Source of the DNA: Sminthopsis crassicaudata
Taxonomy: Eukaryota
Length of the DNA stretch: 64,000 nucleotides
NCBI RefSeq assembly: GCF_048593235.1
Contig: NC_133619.1
Location: 649,552,558-649,616,557, forward strand
Direction: 5' to 3'
In this document: positions 37,858 to 47,002 of the stretch, piece after piece
Position numbering within the stretch: the first letter of the stretch is position 1
How the letters are laid out: every line of letters starts with the position of its first letter
Program-made: the position numbers and the translations under genes
The notes under the pieces: model-generated
Told to the model about the DNA's origin: nothing
Databases searched by the model: none
Seen by the model: the letters and a program-made list of their open reading frames with translations, nothing else

Positions 37858-38162
37858 TTCCATGTCACCTTTCTGACAAAAAGAATAATCAACACTTTTC
37901 CAGATTTGTAGGAGTAAACACTTGTTTGAGTAAAGCACCTGTTACCTTAAGCTTACAATTTCTTTTACTGTTTGATTAGATCTTGGCCTGGGTAAATCTC
38001 TGCCTAAATTTCCCACATTGGTTGATTTCTGAATGAGGAAATAGAAACAGGAAAAAAACCTTGTTTCTGATTCAACTACTAGTTTAAGACAAGAAAGAAA
38101 TAATCATTTTCCCCTCTTCTGCTATTCCCCATGGCTTAGGCCCCATTGATTCAATGTAGCTT

Positions 38163-38164
<2 letters not shown>

Positions 38165-38216
<52 letters not shown>
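38165..38216. repeat. (CA)n microsatellite
   Basis: Read directly from the sequence. Confidence 0.95.
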
Positions 38217-39079
38217 AGAGAGTGGGAATAGGGGAGATAGAGACATAGACATCCAAATTTCTTTCATTCATAGACTTTTAATAGGTTGATCTGGGAACCA
38301 CAAGTCCCTTATCAGTCCCCAATACATTTCAGACCAAGAGCATGTTTGGATTTCATCTTCCAGTGGGGTAGGGAAAGTGAAGGCATGTCCCCAACACAAA
38401 GATACCTATGTAAAGAGGAAGGTGATAGTAAAGGGATCTGGTGGCCTAAGGTCTTCAGGAAGGACAGAGCTGTTGGCCTGGACTCTGAGGAATAGCAAAG
38501 GGAATTTGAAGACTAGGTGAGTCTGAGAGGGTAAAGGGATGGAAGTTTGGACTCTAGAATCCATGAGCATAACATTCATTACCTTAACTCAGGATCCTAC
38601 CATGGAATTTTTGACTGAGGTTGTGAGTCATGGGTGTGAGCAAAGGTAAACTGGAGGGATTGAGAGAGAGGAAAGCTGCAGTTAGTCCATTTTAAGTCCT
38701 TAAAGAGGATGGGATTAAGACAAAGAATACCCTATTCTTTCAGGGAGCTTGAGATTTGGGGAGAGATGATTTGATTTCAGAGACAAGTGAGGATTGAAGG
38801 GGAGGAATACCTAGATCTCTAGGAGGAATTAAGGGGTGGGATACTTGGGACCTTGAGAAAGCAAGGGATAGAAGGCTTGGGACCTTGAACTTTCTTATAC
38901 AGAGGCTTAATCTGATCCCAGAATGTCCAGCGGATGAGTCCCAGAGCCCATGGAAAGAACTCCCCAATTTGGGGGTACATTGGATTGACCATGATTCACC
39001 AACTTGGTATGACATGAGGCCTTTGTAGATGGGTAAGATGAAGCCGTTCTGGACCGCTGGGTAAAGTTCTGCCAGATGG

Positions 39080-42000
39080 TTAGGACAAGGCTCTGGGGAA
39101 GGCTCTGTTGGATGAGGCTTTTGAGATCATCTTGGACTGATCAGATAAAATCTTGGAGGGTGGGTAGGATGAAGTCCTCTTTGAGTGGCTGGGGGAGTCT
39201 GGAGAGTACAGTGTGTGTGAGACAGTAGTGGACTTAAGGGAGTGACTGGAAGGTGACCTGTCTGCCTGGCTAGTGGAAGCCTTCTGGGGGTATGCATTTG
39301 AATCCTTGGTAAACTGGTCAGGTGAGACCTTGGTAGTTGGATGGAAGGAGGATTTCTTGGAGTGTTTGGGTGAAGCTTTGGTGAACATGTGGAAGGAGGA
39401 CTTCTTGGAGTGTTTGGGTGAGACTTTGGTGAAGAGGTGGAAGGAGGATTTCTTGGAGTGTTTGGGTGAAGCTTTGGTGAACATGTGGAAGGAGGACTTC
39501 TTGGAGTGTTTGGGTGAAGCTTTGGTGAACATGTGGAAGGAGGACTTCTTGGAGTGTTTGGGTGAGACTTTGGTGAAAAGGTGGAAGGAGGACTTCTTGG
39601 AGTGCTTGGGTGAAGCTTTGCCGAAGAGGTGGAAGGAGGACTTCTTGGAGTGTTTGGATGAGACTTTAGTAAATGGGTGGGGTGAAGCTTCCTTTGAGTG
39701 AGCAGTGGAGTCTAGAGAGTACAGAGTGAATGAGACAGCAGTGGACTTAAGGGAGTGACCAGAGTGTGACCTGTCTGCCTGGCCAGTGTAGGCCTTCCTG
39801 GAGTGTGTATTTGAGACCTTGGTAAACTGGTCAGGTGAGGTCTTGGTAGTTGGATGGAATGAGGGCTTCTTGGACTGTTTGGGTAAGGATCTGGTGACCT
39901 GGGGGGGTGACACTTTGGTGGACTGTTCAGGTGTGACCTTGGTGGAGGGGGTGGACTGTAGGACCCTGGCAGAAGGGGAGGGTTGTAGGACCTTGGTGGA
40001 GGAGGAGGGCTGTGGGGGGGAAGGAAAGGGTTGTGGGGTTTTGGGGGAGTGGGAGGGAGAAGGCCCTGAAGCTTTAATAAGATGGTTAGGTGAGGCCTCA
40101 GGGTATGGGTAGAGGGAAATCTTGGTGAAAATGTGGGACATTTTGGTAGACTCGGAGGATATGGGCTTGGGACTGGACTTCTTTGCAGCTGTCAAGGACT
40201 TGTCCTCTTGCTGGGTGAGCCCCTCATGGACTAACTCTGCCACTTCCTCAGGCTCTGTAGAGGCCACAGTCTGTTCTAAGTGCAACCTGGAATCACAAAA
40301 CCATACACGTCCCGTCATTGCTGAAAACCTCGGCTCGTACCACTTGCCTCTTGATTTCTGGGGGCGTCCCTCTTCCAAAAGACCTAGAAACAGAGAATCT
40401 CAAGACTGGTAAGGTCTTCAAAGGAAATCACCAAGTCCCAACTGCCCTTGAATACCTCCAGTGATGGGGTATAATGGGCCAGAACTCTGGAGAAAGGTGT
40501 TAACTCAATAGAATTGATAAAACAATGGTTATCTAGTTTAACATAGTGATTAATAATTCTCTAGTTCAGTATGATTGATTTATTCTTACAACAAATAATG
40601 GTTCCTCCCCCTTTTTTTTTTTTAAAGTCCAAAGTCTTTATTGTCTCCTTCACAGTCTGTCTCCTTCCCCTGGGGCCAGGCTAGCTTTCTAGGGGACCTT
40701 CAGATGGGCCTTGGTCTTAGTGGAGGAATGCAGGAGGTAGAAAAGCTGGTCAAGTCTTCTCCTCCATGGCTGAGTTTGTCCCCAGTTTATATACTCTGTT
40801 ACAATTAAATCAATTCATCATACTGAATATAAGCCAATCATTATATCACTAGGGAAGAGTGAGAAAACAGGGTAGGAGGACAACACCCAAAATCCCATGT
40901 CCAAATTGCAACAGAGGCTTCTATTGGGCCTCAGAATGTAGACTGATTCAGGGAAATGGGATGAGGGGCCCCAGGGCCCCAGGCAAAAACCACTTGGAGC
41001 ATGATGGCAGCTGAGGTTATGCCCAGAGAGTCTTTAGAAGTTCAATACTCAGACATGATCAATCAGCCAAAAAACAATCTGATGGGAGAAAGGGATTACA
41101 ATTGGGGAGAATACAGGTTTTATAACCCAAAAGAAGGGCAGTGTCCAGTGCGAGAAGCTACGAGATAATCACCAGGTGATGTGGAGAGAGACCCAGAAAG
41201 TGGTGAATGGAAGGGACCAGATAGGTTAACTGCTTGGGCGAGAGGGTTTGCTTGTATCTCTACAGATGGAGAAAAAATCAGATGGGTGTGAACAAGCCAT
41301 ATTTGCCTCAAAAAAAAAAAATAAAGAAGAAACCTCAAGGAGGTTTCTCAAAGGAGAAGACCTAAGAAACATTTGAGACTGAGAAAGCATAACTGTTAAC
41401 CCAATGCATGTGGCAATTGACTCATGAAACATCAAAAAATTGTTGATAAGACTTACAGAACTTCAAAACCCGCAGAAATCATTGGCTTCCCTAACACATA
41501 ATAATGTTGTTGCAGCCCTTCAAAATTTGCAGGAATCATCAGATTCCCTGACACGTGAAGCGATGGACAATAGATTGGTTTGGGACTATTTCTAGGACTT
41601 ATGGACATGTATAATTCCTCATGTTGTTTGTTATATCACTACTTGCATGTACAATCATGTACTTGCATGTCTGTTACACCACATTGAGACTGCACCGGCT
41701 GTGGGGAGTCATCACTACTAGCCTGTGCTTTATTGCTATGTGCTCATGTAATACCTCTCGTGTTGATGGATGTTTCAAATAAGACCCTTCAGAAACCCGC
41801 TAACAAAATCTGGTTTGACTTCCCATTTCCTTTTGTGGTTTCACCTCCCTTCCTGAGACTGCAGGGAGGGTGTGATCATCTCCTTTTTAGTCTTTTCATC
41901 CCCTTTCCTGAGAAGTCAGGGAGACATGATCACCTCCTTTTTGGGGTTCTCACCTCCCTGAGAAGTCTTTTGTTCTAAAACAAAAGAAAGGGGGAGATGT

Positions 42001-44679
42001 AGAGGGCCAGAACTCTGGAGAATGTTGCTAACTCAGTGGAATTGATAAGATAATGGTTATCTAGTTTAGCATGGTGATTAATAATTCTCTAGTTCAGTAT
42101 GATTGATTTAATCTTACAACAAAATGGGGATATCACAACTTAAGTTTCTGTTTTCTCAAGGACTCCCCACCTGTTCTAGGCACATTAGAGCCACCAAATG
42201 GTTCCTCAATAAGCCCTCTCTTTTGGATGTCCCTTTGAATACCTCCAGTGATGAGGAGATTGCTACGTACTTGGAAGACCTCTTCCTTTGGGACTCAGCA
42301 GTTAGTGGAGTTTTGCTTGGAACCCCGTGCTGGCTATGTTGGACATGGCTGCTGGGCCAGGCCTTGGAGAGGCCACTGGCATGTCTCTGTGGGTGTTCAT
42401 TTTTCCGAGCCATGGGAAAGTCTTTTCGGGACTGGGAGCTAGAGTACAGGTATTCATTAAGAGAGTCTGAGGAGTAAAACATTTCCTTGACTGGTTGGCG
42501 GGAGCCAGGCCAGGAAGATGAGGTCTGGTGGGGAACCACACAGGACTCAACACTGGAGCACCCTGAATTTGAAGTCATTGGCGTGGATGCTTTGGAAGCC
42601 TGGGGAGACCAGAGGGAGGAGGTTGTGAGGCTCTCTTCAGGGGTCCTGGTGTCCTGAGCCCTTGATCACCCAACCCCTAGGCTCATAGACCCCTAGTACC
42701 TTGGGACGGCTCAGGATGCTGGAGATAATGCTAAAGAGGGTCCAGATGGTGATGGTGGACTGCCCTGAGAAGGGGAATGAGGACTGTATTAGGGATCCCA
42801 AAAGCCATGGCTGGAGGGTGGGGGAAGCTGCAGAGAGCTGGGATGTAGAGCAGTACCTTACCTTCCTCTCCCACTTGAGTCCCAGAAGAGTCCGTCCTGG
42901 GATGCTTATAGAATGATCTATGGGAGTAGTTGTGTTGGACCCCGACCTTTCAAGGCCCCAGGCATCCTGAATGCCTGCTCTTGTCCCCATCTCTTAGGGA
43001 CCCAAAGGCTTTCACCCCAAACCTACCGCCGCCCTTCCCTGCCTTGCTGGGAACCAGATCTTGGAGAATGAGTCAGACTGCCCCAGCCCAGCCCTTTCCC
43101 TATGCCCTGAAGCACCCCTGGACCCAGGCCCACTTTTTCTCCTCTCCTTTCCAGCCTGGGGACTCCAGCTGCGTCATGAACGGGATGGAATCACCGACTG
43201 CTCTCGACATCATCTGGAGGGAGGGGGGGAAGCTTTCCAGTCAGAGGAGGGGCAGGATACCTCATGGCTTTGTCCCAGGCCAGCCCAGGTCCCCCCAGGC
43301 TCATTACCTTGACCTTTGCTGTGGAGACACAGACAGGAGATTCAGAGAGAGGGCTTGGAACCAGTTCGAGGCAACCAAGGAGGGACAGTAGCTCAGAGAC
43401 AGAGACAATCATGCAGAGATGGCCAAGTGGGGAGATATGGAGGGGCAAAGGAGAGATATAGGATTTTCTCACCAGCTTGGGACATCTTGGTCTTGTTCTG
43501 GGGAGAATGAAGAGCTGAGGTCACAGAGGAGAGCCCATGTGGGTCCCCTGCCACGGCTTCCCTCATGGACCCAGACGTTCCACAGCCCTAGCTGCCTCCT
43601 CCCTTAGGGACTTAGGTGTTCCACAATCCCAGCTGTTCCTTCCCTCAGAGACCCAGGCATTCCATAGCCCCAGCTGCCTCCTCCCTCAGGGAACCCAGGA
43701 GTCCAAATTCATCAGCCTCCTTCTCTCCAAGGGCTGAGGCATCTGGATTCACCAGCAGCTTTGTTGCTCAGGGAACCCAGGAGCCCTGATTCCTTGGGGG
43801 GATTCCCTGAGGTCCTTGTGGGGGATTGGGAACTGAGTTCCAAAAGGGGAAGAGACTGAGCTCTCCTTGTTTGCACTATGGTTTGGGGGGTCAAGGTCCC
43901 CAGATGCCAAGGTTCCCCAAGATCCCCGGCTGCGGTGCACCCCTCACCTTGAGCTTGTGGCCTGGGTTCAGCGAGCCAAGGGCTTGGTCCTTGTGGGCCC
44001 CGGGGCCCCAGGCCGGCCCGGGCCGGCGCAGCAGGTAGACCAGGTACCTCCAGCGGTTGAAGAGGAAGCAGCCCTCCCTCGGGCCAGCGTCTAGCTGCAG
44101 GTAAAAGCTGCGGCCTGAAGCCAAGCGGAGCTTCAGCCTGCGGCTGGCCACGTGGTGGACGGACAAACGGGCCAAATTCATGGGCAGCAGCCTGCAGGGA
44201 CCACAGGTGAGGGAGGCGGCTCCGTCAGAGGGGGGGGCCCAGGGACAGGGGCAGGGGGGGCCGGGGCCACACTCGGTCACCTGGTGAGCTCCAGGCCCTG
44301 CTGCTTCTGGTCCCCGACGGGCCGGGCAAGCAGGATGAGGTCCGGGAGCAGGCGCCCCGGAAGGGAGGACGCCACCCCCATCGTCACAGGGTTCTCCTTG
44401 TTGTGCAGAAAAATCGGCTCCCCCCGACTGGTCACCTAGGGAGGGTGGGGCAGGGAGCTGGGGAGCCCCCTGACACGACCGTCCCCTCCAGGAACCCCTA
44501 CCCCCCACCTCGCCCCGGCCCCCTGCAGCCCGGGCCCACCCCGCCCTCCCGGGGGGCACCTGCAAAAAGTCGCTCTCAAACATCGGTAGCAGCGGCCCCA
44601 AGGGGAGGTACTCCCCCTCCATCATGGTTCTCTGCAGATGGCCCAGCAGCGGGACCCAGGGCTGAAAGGAGCGCTCCAT
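39080..44679 (-). CDS. GARIN5B: Golgi-associated RAB2 interactor 5B (FAM71E2), ~763 aa model
   Basis: Exons (minus) 44679-44560, 44435-44281, 44191-43948, 43497-43473, 43318-43308, 43213-43134, 42917-42862, 42764-42700, 42599-42271, 40286-39080; total 2292 nt, all phases compatible. The N-terminal FAM71 domain (WVPLLGHLQ...GEYLPL..PMFESDFLQV...TMGVASSLPG.LLPDLILL...RLKLRLASGRSFYL) and AVGDSIP/TITIWTLFSIISS motifs match recalled FAM71E2. The N-terminal exons are secure; the last two exons and the 3' end are inferred. Confidence 0.85.
39343..39678 (-). repeat. Coding 48-bp tandem repeat x7 (K[A/V]SPKHSKKSSFH[L/M]FT)
   Basis: Units at 39343, 39391, 39439, 39487, 39535, 39583, 39631. Confidence 0.95.
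40470..42123 (+). mobile_element. Rearranged, internally deleted betaretrovirus-like (ERV2) element in a GARIN5B intron
   Basis: TSD atgggg at 40464-40469 and 42124-42129; two ~125-bp direct LTR-start copies (40470, 41998); gag knuckle CPNCNRGFYWASEC plus QGN at ~40898; integrase C-terminus DPESGEWKGP...WARGFACI at ~41190; PPT aagaaagggggaga before TGT at 41998. Confidence 0.85.
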
Positions 44680-46158
44680 GGCATTCAGGAACAGCCCTTT
44701 GCGCAGAACAGCTGAGGTCCAGGAGGAAGCAGGGCATGTGAGGACGTGTGGAGCTCACCCTCCCCCCCAATCCCATGACCAGCTCCAGGACTTGGGGGTC
44801 TCCGGCCCCTCGGCCCCAGCTCTTGGCCCCACCTGGTGAGGATACCGGAGGCACCATTGATGCCAGGGGATCTGGGTGTCTCTAAGTAGGATCAGGACCC
44901 CCAGAAGTGGGGGGTCTGGCAGGGGAGTCCCGGGATACTCCCCGTGGGCGGGCAGGACTGTCCATGGCGGTCTGGGAGGGCTGGCTGGCCAGCACACTTG
45001 GGCTCTCTCTGGGACCCGGACCCTGCGCTCAGAAGTAGGAGGCTGATTGTGACCTCACAGGCCAGGAGCCCAAGGAACTTCGAGGGGCCCCAGCCTCAAG
45101 CGTGGAGCCAAGGGACAGCATTCCCTGGGTCCCCTCCACGAGGGGTCAAGGAGTGTGGAGGACAGGGCTGAGGATAAGCACGTGGGGGAGCATCGCAGCC
45201 CCGGGAGGGGCTGGAACTCTGAATGGGGCCCCGGAACCAAGGGGGAGGGGAGGAGAGGGGGGTGGTTAGGGTGGATAGAAGGAGAACTCCCTGTCTCGGG
45301 GGCAGGGAAATGAGGCTGGGTGCCCTGTCAGGGACAACAGGGGCCCTGTGCTGGGAGAAAGGAGGGCAGGAGCTCTGGGCCCTGAGCGGCTCTGGAGGAG
45401 GAATGGGGGGGGACCTGGGGCCTTGGATGGTGGCGCCAGAACTCCAGGCCTAGAAGCTGAGCCCAGGGTGCTGGGGGACCTCCGGGGTTCAGGGGCAAAA
45501 ATGAATGGAGCTGGAGTGACCCTGGGGCCTCCTCAGGCTCTCCTTGTCTCCTTTTCAGGGAAACCTCCAAGAGAAGATGGCCTTCCTGCACAATGGACTG
45601 GAGGCCTGGGCTGTGGGCCCCCCCGGAGGCGCTTGCAGCCCCCTCTCTCGGCTCCTGGGGAGAAGGTGGCCCTGCTCAGGCCCAGTGAGGGCCTCAGGCT
45701 TTCTGCCCCTGGGAGGGAGGGGTCGAGGGGCTGCAGCCCTGCAGTCAGGAGGAGGCTGTGACACCAAATATGACCCGGAGCCCACTCGTCCCCCCAAAAA
45801 AGCTTCCCCCAGCCAGTCCCTGAGGTCTGCGCTTGGGGGTGAGCCCCTCCTGGGTGGCGGGACCTTCTCTTCCCGGATCCCAGGCCTCAGAACCACCTCC
45901 ACTGTAGCTCCCCTTTCCCTCCTCCCCCTGGGGCCCTACCAAGCCCACCTGCCCCTCCCAATGCTCTGCCTGAGCATTGGCCATTGAAGTGCTGGACATC
46001 CCCTCACTGCTGCCGACCACGCCTGGCTCCCCTCCCCCACTGCTGGAATAAGGACGCATCCCTGCCCACCAGCGCCCCCCTCAAAGGTCCTGAAGCCCCT
46101 TTGTTGTTAACCTGAGGAGCCCTTGGGCCAGGCCTAGAGAATGAGGTGAGGGAAGCTG

Positions 46159-46432
46159 GCCCCCACGTCTGCTTTGCCCCTCCCCCAGTCTGCTTCTCCC
46201 TCCCCCACATCTGCTCCACTCATCCTCCATATCTGCTTCACCCCACCCCCACATCTGCTTCACCCCTCCCCCAGTCTGCTTCACCCCCCACATCTGCTTT
46301 GCCCCTCCCTCACATCTGCTTTGCCCCCCCACATAGGCACCACCCTTTCCCACATCTGCTTCACCCCATTCTTCCATCTGCTCCATCCCATCCCCTCATC
46401 TGCTTCGCCCCTCCCCCACATCTGCTTCCCCC
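46159..46432. repeat. Degenerate ~20-bp array (ccccacatctgctt...) just 3' of IL11
   Basis: About 13 copies of (cacat/ccagt)ctgct(t/c). Confidence 0.8.
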
Positions 46433-46521
46433 CCACTTGTCCCCCCCCCTTCCCAAGCACCCCAGGCCCTGAAGAACAGCACCCCGGACCAGGCCCTGGA
46501 CTTGGAGAGAAGATATCAGTT

Positions 46522-46926
46522 TTTATTGATCCAACTTTATCTCTTACATTTCTTTTGTACAAAACACAAGGAGAAAGAAGTACAATAAATAGGGCCCGGG
46601 GTCAGGGCTGGGGCTGGAGGAACGCCCAAGCAGGGTGGCCATGTCAATAACTTAGAGGTGGGGAGCGGGGAGGGGGGGGCTGGTCCCCTCAGCCACCGAG
46701 CCTCCCCCTCTTTGGGGGTCCCAGCATCCAGACCAACAGCTCCCCCCAATAAATAGCTATAAATAGAAAGCATTGCTGTCCAAGGTCCTGTAAAGTGGGG
46801 GTGTGGAAGGGCAGACAGGGGAGGTGGGAACTGCTCCGAGGGGGCCCAGAGCATACAGGCCAGCTCTCTAGAGCCCCAGGCTTCCTCGGGACCCCGCTCT
46901 CTGAGCCCCCAATAAATAAATAAATT
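46522..46926 (-). promoter_or_regulatory. IL11 3' UTR AU-rich elements and poly(A) signal
   Basis: Minus strand: AATTTATTTATTTATT at 46926-46911, further ATTTA copies at ~46750 and ~46585, AATAAA at 46527-46522. Confidence 0.7.
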
Positions 46927-47002
46927 AAAAGGGTATTAAGGGGGGCAGGCCAAGGACTCAGGCCCCACACGGGAGCCCGAACTTCTCTCCCCTTGGGGGA
47001 GG

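Noticed and set aside
31094-37938. L1 and RTE ORF fragments as active genes
   Set aside because: 5'-truncated with stops and frameshifts; no intact ORF1/ORF2.
39273-40112. Plus-strand repeat ORFs (WKEDFLECLGE...)
   Set aside because: Antisense shadow of the GARIN5B 48-bp repeat; the minus frame is the one that connects by splice phase.
40287-40383. Acceptor at 40383 as the start of the large GARIN5B exon
   Set aside because: It needs a phase-1 donor and I found no good one; the acceptor at 40286 matches the phase-2 donor AA|GTACGT at 42271.
45544-46059. Possible small gene between GARIN5B and IL11 (ORFs on both strands)
   Set aside because: No recognisable protein; the minus-strand model needs an acceptor without a pyrimidine tract; the plus-strand acceptor at 45559 has no evident partner exon.
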